Shown in pieces: positions 25,665 to 34,710 of a DNA stretch of 64,000 bases; the stretch's first letter is position 1; each line of letters opens with the position of its first letter. The notes beneath the pieces were generated by a model. That model was not told where the DNA came from. It was given only the letters and a program-made list of their open reading frames with translations, and ran no database searches. The position numbers and the translations under genes were made by a program. The stretch comes from an uncultured Gemmatimonadales bacterium. Its GTDB lineage: Bacteria > Gemmatimonadota > Gemmatimonadetes > Gemmatimonadales > Gemmatimonadaceae. The DNA lies in NCBI GenBank assembly GCA_963707505.1, contig CAVPQB010000006.1, positions 576,001 through 640,000 of the forward strand, given 5' to 3'.

Positions 25665-26437
25665 CTGACGCGACCGGCCTCAAGGTGTTGATCGTGGACG
25701 ACGAGCGTCCCGCTCGACAGAAGCTGCGGAGATTGCTGAGCGGCGATACGGAGATCATTGCGATATATGAAGCGGCTGACGGCGTCGCGGCGATCGAGAC
25801 GATTCGTGCCGAAGCACCCGATATCGTATTCCTGGACGTCCAGATGCCGGGCGTGGATGGATTCGGTGTTGTCGATGCACTGCCGCCCGATGCGTTGCCA
25901 CATCTGGTATTCGTCACCGCTTTCGACATGTACGCGGTGCGTGCGTTCGACATGCACGCCGTGGATTATCTGCTCAAGCCGTATGACGCCGAACGGTTTG
26001 CGCGAGCGTGGGCGCGTGCGAAGGAGAATGTCGCGAGCAGGCGAGTGGGCGAGGAGCGCGACCGTTTGCGCCGGCTGCTCGATGACACCGAGAGTACGCG
26101 TCCGCAGCGTGCAGAACGCATACTCGTCGAGTCGGGCGAGCGCGTATTGTTGATCGCGGTGGACAGGATCGATCGCATCGAGTCGGTGCGAAATTACGTC
26201 CGGCTAAAGGTCGGACCGGACGTCTACCGCGTTCGCGGCACGCTCACGCGATTCGAACGGCGGCTCGATCCTGTGAAATTCGTGCGCATCAGCCGCTCCG
26301 AGATCGTGAATCTCGATCGCATCGCGGAGCTCCGGCCCTGGTCGCATGGCGATTACGTCGTCGTGATGCGCGACGGCTCGCAGACGCGCCTGAGTCGCCG
26401 CTATAGAGACGGGCTGGATCGGTTCGGGCTGTCCTGA
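25661..26437 (+). CDS. LytTR family response regulator
   Basis: IVDDE, FLDVQMP, DYLLKP, FVRISRSEIVN; ATGA coupling with the kinase. Confidence 0.93.
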   Translation: MTDATGLKVLIVDDERPARQKLRRLLSGDTEIIAIYEAADGVAAIETIRAEAPDIVFLDVQMPGVDGFGVVDALPPDALPHLVFVTAFDMYAVRAFDMHAVDYLLKPYDAERFARAWARAKENVASRRVGEERDRLRRLLDDTESTRPQRAERILVESGERVLLIAVDRIDRIESVRNYVRLKVGPDVYRVRGTLTRFERRLDPVKFVRISRSEIVNLDRIAELRPWSHGDYVVVMRDGSQTRLSRRYRDGLDRFGLS

Positions 26438-26612
26438 CCGACCTCCGGGCGGCGCTCTACGAGGACCGCCGTGGGCCGCCCAACCTGGCGCTTAACCATC
26501 TGTATCAGCCGCTCGCCGCGCGATAGCCGTCATCGGCGGGCGTTATGTCAGATACCGCGGTGCAGAGGCCATATTTATAGCTTGTGGTGTATCTTCGCAC
26601 CGTGGGCCTATC

Positions 26613-27149
26613 ATGATATCGCAACTTCCTTTTCCTACTCCTGCACGCAGGATATTTCACGGCATCCTTCACGCCGCCCTGGCCGCGACCCTGCTCGTTG
26701 TCGCCCGGCCGGTCGTGGCGCAGTCGGGAGAGGGAATCGCGATCGGGACGATGGCTCCGGCCGTAACTGTCGCTGACATATCGGGCAGGACCGTCCGTGT
26801 GACGCCGACCATCGGCCGGCCCATGTTGATCGAGTTCTGGGCAACATGGTGTGAATTCTGCGAGCGTCTCGAGCCGACGATGAAGGCGACGTACAGCAAG
26901 TACGGCGACAAGGTTCAGTTTGCAGCGATCGCCGTGAACGTGAATCAGTCACCCAGGCGTGTCGCAAAGCACGTGAAGGATCGGTCGCTCAAGTATCCCG
27001 TGTACTACGACGACAGCGGCAAGGCAACCGATGCATACGATGTCGCAGCTACTTCGTTCGTCGTGATCATCGACAGGAAGGGAAAGGTCGCATACACGGG
27101 CGTTGGCGACAAGCAGGACCTGGACGCGGCCATTCGCGGCGTTCTGTAG
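26613..27149 (+). CDS. TlpA family thiol:disulfide oxidoreductase (exported)
   Basis: FWATWCEFC; signal peptide. Confidence 0.9.
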   Translation: MISQLPFPTPARRIFHGILHAALAATLLVVARPVVAQSGEGIAIGTMAPAVTVADISGRTVRVTPTIGRPMLIEFWATWCEFCERLEPTMKATYSKYGDKVQFAAIAVNVNQSPRRVAKHVKDRSLKYPVYYDDSGKATDAYDVAATSFVVIIDRKGKVAYTGVGDKQDLDAAIRGVL

Positions 27150-27214
27150 TCAATTCGGCAATCAGTTCTTCAATTCATCCCGTAGTTCGTCCGTAACTCT
27201 CCAGCAGCGAGTCG

Positions 27215-27802
27215 ATGACAATGTTCAGGATCATGAGGTTCCCAGCAATCGCGATGTTGATCGCGGCACCCCTCTGTTTGCAGGCTCAGGGATCGATGGG
27301 CGGAATGGCAATGCCGGATGCACACGCCTCGTCTGCGCCAGAAGTTGGCATGATGGCGCCGGACTTCACGGCGCAGGGTGCGGACCAGTCCGGTGCGCAT
27401 CCGGTCTCTCTGAGCTCGCTGCGCGGCCACGTGGTAGTGCTTGCGTTCTATCCGGCCGATCGCTCGAGTGGCTGCACGCACGAGCTCAACAAGTTCCGCG
27501 ACGAGTACTCCCAGATCTTTGGATCGGATGTGACCGTGCTTCCGATCTCCCTCGACAGTCTCCAGTCGCACGTGAGCTGGGCGAAGGACTCGAAATTCCC
27601 GTTCACACTCGTTGCCGACGATGGCGGCAAGATCGCGAGCACCTACGGCTCGTTGATGACCGGCCGCCCGTACGCCAGCAGAACCGTGTTCGTCATCGGC
27701 AAGGACGGAAAGATCGTGAGCCGAAACTTGAAGTTCGGCGCTCTCGACCAGCACGCGTACGATGACCTGACCGCCGCCATCACAAAGGCGAAGGCGGAAT
27801 AG
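27215..27802 (+). CDS. Exported BCP/PrxQ-type peroxiredoxin
   Basis: Signal peptide; APDF, FYPADRSSGCTHE (PxxxSxxC), RTVFVI. Confidence 0.88.
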   Translation: MTMFRIMRFPAIAMLIAAPLCLQAQGSMGGMAMPDAHASSAPEVGMMAPDFTAQGADQSGAHPVSLSSLRGHVVVLAFYPADRSSGCTHELNKFRDEYSQIFGSDVTVLPISLDSLQSHVSWAKDSKFPFTLVADDGGKIASTYGSLMTGRPYASRTVFVIGKDGKIVSRNLKFGALDQHAYDDLTAAITKAKAE

Positions 27803-27834
27803 CGCCACGGCAGAGATTCAGTAGCTAGCACGTA

Positions 27835-28536
27835 GTGGATCTGTCGCAGATCGGAATGCGGCTGTCGCAGAGTCCTGCGACAGCCATTCCGATTCTGTTC
27901 TTCACCGGCGTCCTCACCAGCCTGACGCCGTGCATCTATCCAATGATTCCGATCACTGCGGCGATCGTCGGCGGTCAGTCGGTTGGCCGCAGTACTCGCC
28001 GCGGCGTCGCCTTGACGTTGATGTACGTCTTCGGCCTCTCGCTGGTTTACGCGCTGCTCGGATTGCTCGCCGGCCTCACGCAAACACTGTTCGGAACGGT
28101 GAGCGCGAGCCCGTGGGCAGCGCTCATTACCGGGAATCTGCTGCTTCTGTTCGGTCTCTGGATGCTCGACGCGATTCCGATCCGAATCCCATCTGCACTA
28201 CTCGGTGGCGGGCGCACCGAATCTGTCACATCGCTCGGCGGCGCATTCATAATGGGATGCGCATCGGGACTCGTCGCCGCACCATGTTCGGCGCCCGTGC
28301 TCGCGGCGGTCCTCACATGGGTCGCAGTAACGAAGAGCGCGGTACTCGGCTTCATCTATTTGTTCGTATTCTCGATCGGAATGTGCGCGCTGCTGGTGGT
28401 AGTCGGAATATTCGGCGCGACGTTCGCGCGACTGCCCAGGTCGGGGATGTGGATGGTCTGGGTCAAGCGAGTGCTTGCACTCGTGATGCTTGGCGCAGCG
28501 GAGTACTACTTCGTCCACGCCGGGCTGACGATGTAG
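27835..28536 (+). CDS. CcdA/DsbD transmembrane electron transporter
   Basis: SLTPCIYPMIP and APCSAPVL redox Cys motifs; LPRSG.WM. Confidence 0.9.
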   Translation: MDLSQIGMRLSQSPATAIPILFFTGVLTSLTPCIYPMIPITAAIVGGQSVGRSTRRGVALTLMYVFGLSLVYALLGLLAGLTQTLFGTVSASPWAALITGNLLLLFGLWMLDAIPIRIPSALLGGGRTESVTSLGGAFIMGCASGLVAAPCSAPVLAAVLTWVAVTKSAVLGFIYLFVFSIGMCALLVVVGIFGATFARLPRSGMWMVWVKRVLALVMLGAAEYYFVHAGLTM

Positions 28537-28558
28537 GCGTGTTGCGGAGGCGGCTTGC

Positions 28559-28596
28559 GGGTCAGGTCTTGCCCCGCAACGGGCAAGACCTGACCC
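28559..28596. repeat. Minimal hairpin made of the RAYT TIR core
   Basis: gggtcaggtcttgccc-cgcaac-gggcaagacctgaccc; 16-bp perfect stem identical to the TIR core. Confidence 0.88.
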
Positions 28597-28606
28597 CAAT
28601 CACTCG

Positions 28607-29068
28607 TCAGCTCGCGATCGCGCTCGGATCCATCCAGAATGCTTCCCAGTGGTATCCGTCGAGATCGTAGAAGCTCCATCCATACATGAAGCCATGATCC
28701 TGCGGCTCCGCCGCGTGTGTTCCGCCAGCGGCGATGGCCTTTGCCACAACGTCGTCCACTGCGGTGCGGCTTTCCATCGCGACGGTGAACAATGCCGATG
28801 TTTCCTTGCGTGGGTCACCAGCCGGCCGTTTGCTGAAACTTGCGAATTTATCGTGGTTCAGCAGCATGAAGTACGCGTCTGTTCCGACCAGCATGCAGGT
28901 TGCCGTCGAATCGGTGAACTGCGGATTGAAGGCGAAGCCGAGCGACTCGAAAAATCGAATCGAGCGCTGCAGATCGCTCACGGGAATGTTGACGAATAAC
29001 TTGCGTGGCCTGGCCACTTCGGCGCGTGCGTTCGTGATGACTGGCGCGCTGGTTGTTGTTTCAGGCAT
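28607..29068 (-). CDS. VOC/glyoxalase family protein
   Basis: LFVNIPVSDLQRS..FF..LGF.FNPQFTD; QDHGFMYGWSFYDLDGYHWE. Confidence 0.92.
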   Translation of the reverse strand: MPETTTSAPVITNARAEVARPRKLFVNIPVSDLQRSIRFFESLGFAFNPQFTDSTATCMLVGTDAYFMLLNHDKFASFSKRPAGDPRKETSALFTVAMESRTAVDDVVAKAIAAGGTHAAEPQDHGFMYGWSFYDLDGYHWEAFWMDPSAIAS

Positions 29069-29097
29069 GGTCGTCCCGGGGTTCGTTGTGAGTTTGT

Positions 29098-29526
29098 TCA
29101 GCGATTTCTGGCGAGTACTGCGCGCACCCGTGCATCGCGCAGGTAGAGCGCAGCCCACATGATGATGGCGAGGTATACTGGCGTGAGTGTGGCTGAAAAC
29201 AACGGCTGGTGCAGCCGGAAGTTCGTCTCGACGGCACCACCCAGGTAGCCGGTCCAGATCAGTGCGCCGAATGGTGCCGTGCGCGGAATTACATAGAGCA
29301 CGAGCGCCACGATGCAGATGACGCCGAGCGCGAAGACCTGGTCGGCGCGGAGGCCGAGCTGCGTCATGCCAGTCATGACGAAGGCCGGTTGGATCACCTT
29401 CACTACCGCGTCGAACGCGAGATAGAGAATGGCGAATGTGAACAGGATGCGCCCGGTCCAGCGCGTCCATGTGGAGGTGGCAACGGAAATCGACATGGGA
29501 GCGGACCTCAGAATGGCTGCGGACAT
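29098..29526 (-). CDS. DoxX family membrane protein
   Basis: FDAVVK, LYVIPRT..GAL..TGYLGGAV, LYLRD. Confidence 0.85.
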   Translation of the reverse strand: MSAAILRSAPMSISVATSTWTRWTGRILFTFAILYLAFDAVVKVIQPAFVMTGMTQLGLRADQVFALGVICIVALVLYVIPRTAPFGALIWTGYLGGAVETNFRLHQPLFSATLTPVYLAIIMWAALYLRDARVRAVLARNR

Positions 29527-29555
29527 GGTGCCCTCGGTGTGTGTAGGTTCACAGC

Positions 29556-29586
29556 CATAGACTCCAGCATGTCCTGAAACTCATCG
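29556..29586 (-). promoter_or_regulatory. SigG/ECF56-type promoter upstream of doxX-VOC
   Basis: Minus strand CGATGA-18 nt-GTCTATG resembles the mycobacterial SigG consensus CGATGA(N18)GTC as recalled; lies directly downstream of the cognate sigma gene. Confidence 0.65.
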
Positions 29587-29623
29587 GTCCCATCAAAAAT
29601 TCTTTTCGGGACCGAACCGCCTG

Positions 29624-30583
29624 TTACATGACCAGTTGCATCGGTAGGCCGAATCGCGGGAACAGCGTCTCGACGTCGAGGTACGATGTCATACTTGTGA
29701 TCCTACTATCGTCGAGCTCCAGCAGGATCAGCGCCCACGGCACCGCGCCGCCATCGCGGTACTGCGCGAAGGCCGGTGTACCGCCACATGCCTCCACGGG
29801 CACCAGTCTGGAGCCCTTGCACCCGATCCCGAAGCTGAGCAGCCAGCGGGCGATCGACTCATGGCCCTGAAGCCATAGATCATATGGAGGCATCGAGAGT
29901 GTTGCCTCCTCGTGCAGCAGTTGGGTCAGCGCGGAAACATCATAGGCCTCGAAAGCAGCCACGTAGCGCGATACGAGCTGAGTCTGTTCGCTCGACAGCG
30001 CCCGTGGCACGACCGCCGGGTTTCGCGTGTCGAGAGTGGCGCGCGCACGCTGCAGCGCACTGTTCACCGCAGCTACGCTCATATCCAGACTCTCGGCCAC
30101 TTCAGCCGCGGACCAGCTGAGAACCTGGGTGAGGAGCAGTACCGCACGTTGTCGCGGAGGCAGATATTGCAGCGCGGCAACGAATGCGAGACGGATGCTG
30201 TCGCGCAGAATCGCGTGCTCCTCTGGCGAACAGTCCTCCGGGGCCGGCAGCGCTTCGGCATCCGGGATCGGCTCGACCCAGTATTCACGCGAGCGCTGGT
30301 TCAGTATCAGGTCCTCGCTCACGACCCCTGCCTCTTCGGACAGGTCGAGTGGCCGGGCGCGCTGGCGATTCGTCGCCGAAAGTGTATCGAGGCATACGTT
30401 CGTGGCGATGCGGTAGAGCCACGTCTTGAGCGATGACTGCTCCTGAAAGCGTTCGATCCCTTTCCAGGCGCGAAGCATCGCCTCCTGCACTGCGTCTTCA
30501 GCGTCGACAACGGAGCCGAGCATGCGATAGCAGTGGCCCGTGAGGGCGGGACGGTACTGTTCGATAAGTGCTGCAGAGGCCAT
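29624..30583 (-). CDS. ECF sigma factor with C-terminal SnoaL-like domain (SigG/ECF56-like)
   Basis: [44 protein letters not shown]. Confidence 0.92.
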   Translation of the reverse strand: MASAALIEQYRPALTGHCYRMLGSVVDAEDAVQEAMLRAWKGIERFQEQSSLKTWLYRIATNVCLDTLSATNRQRARPLDLSEEAGVVSEDLILNQRSREYWVEPIPDAEALPAPEDCSPEEHAILRDSIRLAFVAALQYLPPRQRAVLLLTQVLSWSAAEVAESLDMSVAAVNSALQRARATLDTRNPAVVPRALSSEQTQLVSRYVAAFEAYDVSALTQLLHEEATLSMPPYDLWLQGHESIARWLLSFGIGCKGSRLVPVEACGGTPAFAQYRDGGAVPWALILLELDDSRITSMTSYLDVETLFPRFGLPMQLVM

Positions 30584-30709
30584 GGTTATTACGCTAGCAT
30601 CGTGGTTCGGCGCACACCATCCCTGCGTGTCACAAACCAGTCAGGAGTTTGTAGCTGCGCTGTCCAGAGGCTCGTCACCCCCCGAAAGCACGATCCCTGT
30701 TATCGGTCT

Positions 30710-31638
30710 CTAAAACGCCGCCGGCAACAGGCGTCCCGGCGGATCGAACGCCTTGTGGCCTCGTGTGTCATACGGGACGTCCCACGGTGCGCCCCCATTC
30801 GGCCAGTCCAGCGCCTTCCCGTGTGAATCGCGTCTCGTATGCGACAGAACAAACGCCGCTACATCATACGATTGCTGATCGCTCAATAAGCCAGCGGAAT
30901 CGAATGGCATATTGTGTCTGATGAATGATGCGGCACGCTCGACTCGCGCCAGCGACGCACCGATCGAGTACGACAGTGGTCCCCAGAGCGGAGTCGCGGG
31001 TGGGATTCCCTGTCCATCGGCGCCGTGGCAACGTGCACAATGCCCAGCAAATATCGATGCGCCACGTGAAGTGTCGCCGGAAAGCTGTGACATCCTCGGC
31101 AACCCTTCCCCGTTCACGTGCGTCCCCACCGCCACGCCGCGCGACACAAGCGCAAGATATGTGACGATGTCGTTCATATCTCTGCTGCCAAGCGGAATGT
31201 CTCTTCCCGCCATGCTGCGCCGCATGCAGTTGTTGACACGGTCCTGGATCGTGATCACGCGGCCGTCGCGCGTCGTGTAGTTGGGATAACGTGCATAGGC
31301 ACCGGTCAACGGAATCGCGTTCGCTCGCCGGCCGTCGTCGATGTGGCAACTGAAGCAGCGGAGTGAATTGCCGACATAGCTCGGCAGGCTGTCGCGTGTT
31401 GCCGCAAGAATCGCGAAACCACGGCGTGCGGACGCGCCTTCCGGGCCGGACGGATACGTCGCAGAATCGTACAGAGTTACCGCAGATTTGGATGCTACAG
31501 TAGCAGCGCTGCCCGTGCGTGTGCTGTCGCGCATGTTTGTAGAATCGTTCGCACGGGTGCCGCACGCAAGCACGCAACGCAATTCACGATTGCGCAGAGC
31601 GTTATGTCAAGCGCCGATCCTCTACCAACGTCTGCCAT
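30710..31638 (-). CDS. Diheme cytochrome c, TsdA (thiosulfate dehydrogenase)-like; 5' signal region frameshifted (body ORF 30710-31582)
   Basis: VGNSLRCFSCH, RVNNCMRRSMAG (TsdA-type Cys), CARCH, FIRHNMP; GGAGGT+ATG at 31638 joins the body if one gcacgcaa copy (31562-31577) is removed. Confidence 0.75.
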
Positions 31639-31734
31639 AAACCTCCGTGGAGCGCTACAACGTCCCAATCGATGGGAAAGTAACGCTCCGCAGAGTTCCT
31701 GCGCGACCGCCCGGTGGCCCTAGCTACGCGGGGA

Positions 31735-33768
31735 TCAATGTTCCGCCGGCAGCGCGAACGCCATCACGTAGTCACCCGCCCCGAATTCCTTGCCGCCGCC
31801 GGCCGTTATGACGACGTACTGCCTGCCATCCCGTCCACTCACGTAGGTCATTGGCGTCATGCGCGCACCTGCCGGAAGTTGGGCGTGCCAGAGTTCCGTA
31901 CCGTTCGCCGCGTCATACGCGCGCACCATGCGGTCCAGCGTGCCAGCCTGGAATATCACCCCGCCGGCGGTGACAATCGGCCCGCCGAGCGAGAGACTCC
32001 CCCATTTCTCGTGTCCCGGACCGCCAGTTGGCCACGCGCCGAGCGGTACCTCCCAACGTCGCGCTCCGGTGGACATGTCGATGGCGATGAGCGTGCCGAA
32101 CGGCGGCTTGACGCAGGGCACAGTGTCCGGGCCCACGAGGAGTCTGCGTCGCATGACGTACGGAGTACCGTGCATATGCGTGTATTCGTAGCCAAGTCTC
32201 GAGTCGGAGCTGCTGACACCATCGCGCATGTATTGACTCGAGTCGATGAGCTGCACCATCGACGGGACGCGATTCTCCGGCACGATGACAGTATTGGTGC
32301 GAGCGTCGAACGCAACACCGCCCCACGCTGCACCACCTACATTGGATGGACGCTGGATGGTTCCGCGCAGACTTGGCGGTGTGTACACGCCGTCGTTGCG
32401 CAACGTGCGCGTCATCGCGCGACAGGCGGCAAGACCTTCTGGCGTATCGCTCCAGATATCCGTCGAATCGATGCCCTGAGGCGTGAGTGGCGCGATGACT
32501 GTATTGAACGGCTGCGTCGGCCAGCTCTGCTCGCCCGGAACGTCGCTGCGTGGGACGGGGCGTTCTTCCACCGGGAATACCGGCTTTCCGGTAGCCCGGT
32601 CGAGTACGAACAACTGCCCCGTCTTGGTTGCCTCGACGACGACGTCGCGTTTGCGACCGTCCTTGGTGATCGTGATGAGTGCCGGCGGTGATGCGTTGTC
32701 GTAATCCCACAGATCGTGATGCACCGTCTGAAATTCCCACACCACTTTGCCTGTAGATCCGCGCAACGCGACCAGTGAATTTGCGTATCGGTTGTCACCC
32801 AACCGCTCGCCACCGTAGTAGTCGGGACTGGGACTCGTCGTTGGAAGAATGACGAGATCGCGCGCCGAGTCGACGCCGATCACCGACCATACATTCGCGG
32901 CGCCGGTGTTGTGTCCATTGGGTCCGCCCCAGCTGCTGTAGCGCGGATCGGACGGATCCTGCGGAACCGGATCGAATGCCCACCGCATGGCGCCTGTACG
33001 GGCATCAAACGCGCGTACCTCGCCACTCGGTTTGTTGGCACGTCCGTTGTCGCCGATGCTGGAGCCGACAACTACCAGACCGTCGATGATCGCTGGCGGC
33101 GACGTCTCGACGTACTCTCCCCATTCGGTGAGCGGCGGATTGCGCAAGCCTTTCTTGAGGTCGATAGTGCCGTGATCGCCGAAATCGTCACACACCTTTC
33201 CGGTGTGACTATCGATCGCTATGAGACGCGCATCGACTGTCGCCAGGAAAATGCGCATCGCGCATGGAGCATCGTGGTTGGCTGTTGCATCGATCCATGC
33301 CGTGACACCGCGACTGGCGAAGTCACCGGGATCGACCGCGCGATCCACATGCGCGTCGAATACCCATGACTCAGAGCCGCTCGTCGGATCGAGCGCGATC
33401 ACCCTGCCGAGCGGCGTGTTGAGATACATGACTCCGTCGATCACGATCGGAGTCGTCTCGAACTCCGCGCGATTCTTCGCCGCGAGCTCAGGGCGTGTTT
33501 CGCCCGTGCGATAGGTCCAGGCAAGCGCGAGGGAATGTGCGTTCGCGGGAGTGATCTGCGCCGCTGGCGAGAATCGTGTACCGGCAGGATCGTAACCGTA
33601 CGATGGCCAATCGATCGCGCGGGACGCGGTACCAGGATCGGTACCGAGCTCTGCGGTCGTGTGCGGTGTCGTCACGCACGCAGAGAGAGCGAGTGCGCCG
33701 CCAAATGTCGCCGATGCGATCAACCGACCTAGCACGCGCGTTCTGAGACGAGATGCGATCTGCATCAT
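31735..33768 (-). CDS. PQQ-dependent dehydrogenase (quinoprotein glucose dehydrogenase-like), lipoprotein
   Basis: WPSYG...RFSP..QITP.N, FETTPIVIDG, FQTVHHDLWDYD, PMTY...GRQYVV. Confidence 0.92.
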   Translation of the reverse strand: MMQIASRLRTRVLGRLIASATFGGALALSACVTTPHTTAELGTDPGTASRAIDWPSYGYDPAGTRFSPAAQITPANAHSLALAWTYRTGETRPELAAKNRAEFETTPIVIDGVMYLNTPLGRVIALDPTSGSESWVFDAHVDRAVDPGDFASRGVTAWIDATANHDAPCAMRIFLATVDARLIAIDSHTGKVCDDFGDHGTIDLKKGLRNPPLTEWGEYVETSPPAIIDGLVVVGSSIGDNGRANKPSGEVRAFDARTGAMRWAFDPVPQDPSDPRYSSWGGPNGHNTGAANVWSVIGVDSARDLVILPTTSPSPDYYGGERLGDNRYANSLVALRGSTGKVVWEFQTVHHDLWDYDNASPPALITITKDGRKRDVVVEATKTGQLFVLDRATGKPVFPVEERPVPRSDVPGEQSWPTQPFNTVIAPLTPQGIDSTDIWSDTPEGLAACRAMTRTLRNDGVYTPPSLRGTIQRPSNVGGAAWGGVAFDARTNTVIVPENRVPSMVQLIDSSQYMRDGVSSSDSRLGYEYTHMHGTPYVMRRRLLVGPDTVPCVKPPFGTLIAIDMSTGARRWEVPLGAWPTGGPGHEKWGSLSLGGPIVTAGGVIFQAGTLDRMVRAYDAANGTELWHAQLPAGARMTPMTYVSGRDGRQYVVITAGGGKEFGAGDYVMAFALPAEH

Positions 33769-33947
33769 GAGTCGTGTCTGGTTTGAGTTTTTCGGCACTC
33801 CTCGAGCGCCCGTTATGGGGAAGCTCGTTGGAGTGCGTTTCGGCAGCAACGGAAGTGGGACAGACGGGACTGGGATGGGAGGACGGGGACCCAGGTACCA
33901 CATGTCGTCACCCTCGCCTGGGGCGAAGATGACGAGCTCGCTGGCTC

Positions 33948-33994
33948 TTGACGACACTTAACCGTGGGTATAGACTAGAATTAACCAAGGTTAA
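33948..33994 (+). promoter_or_regulatory. sigma70 promoter and palindromic operator for mntR-mntH
   Basis: TTGACG (33948-33953)-17 nt-TAGACT (33971-33976); palindrome TTAACC-AA-GGTTAA (33981-33994). Confidence 0.7.
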
Positions 33995-34023
33995 AAGATC
34001 AAATCGGGTCAATACACACAAAA

Positions 34024-34710
34024 ATGCTCTCGCCGTCCGTCGAAGACTATATAAAGGCTATCTACAAGGCACGCAGCGATAAAGGCAGCATCAAAGGCAC
34101 CATCACAACGCAGAACCTGGCTGACCGCCTGGGCGTAAGTGCGCCTGCGGTGAGCAAGATGATGCGGCGCCTGACGGACCTCCGGCTCATCTCGCATGCG
34201 CCATATCAGGCGGTCGAGCTGACTGAAGCCGGCGAGAAGATGGCACTCGAGATCATCCGGCATCACCGGCTGCTGGAGCTCTATCTCGTACAGGCGATGG
34301 GCTTCACGTGGGACAACGTGCACGAAGAAGCCGAACGGCTGGAGCATCACATCAGCGAGGAGTTCGAGGACAGGATCGACGAGCTGCTGGGCCATCCGGC
34401 TGCCTGTCCTCACGGCGATCCGATTCCGACGCGCACAGGCTCCATCGCACGCAGCTCCAATCGCTCGCTTGCGGTGCAGCGTGAGCCTGAGCGTCTGGTG
34501 GTCCAGCGCGTGAGCGACGAGGACGCTGAGTTGTTGCGTCACTTCAAGTCACTCGGCGTCGTGCCCGGCACGGCGTTCGAGTTCGTTCGACAGGAACCAT
34601 TCGAGGGACCGCTCGTGCTGCGGATCGGCGGTAAGCTCGTGCGCATCACGCCGCAGGCGGCGCGCGAGGTATTCGTCGACCCTGAATTGAGTGCGGATTC
34701 ACGCTCGTGA
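34024..34710 (+). CDS. mntR: DtxR/MntR family metal-dependent regulator with FeoA domain
   Basis: EDYIKAIY, RHHRLLELYL, VHEEAERLEH, CPHGDPIP; adjacent to mntH. Confidence 0.9.
   Translation: MLSPSVEDYIKAIYKARSDKGSIKGTITTQNLADRLGVSAPAVSKMMRRLTDLRLISHAPYQAVELTEAGEKMALEIIRHHRLLELYLVQAMGFTWDNVHEEAERLEHHISEEFEDRIDELLGHPAACPHGDPIPTRTGSIARSSNRSLAVQREPERLVVQRVSDEDAELLRHFKSLGVVPGTAFEFVRQEPFEGPLVLRIGGKLVRITPQAAREVFVDPELSADSRS

Noticed and set aside
28607..29470. 287-aa extended VOC ORF
   Set aside because: The extension overlaps doxX in another frame; the true start is likely 29068
33769..33957. N-terminal extension of the PQQ dehydrogenase ORF
   Set aside because: Runs into the mntR promoter; the lipoprotein signal fits a start at 33768/33765
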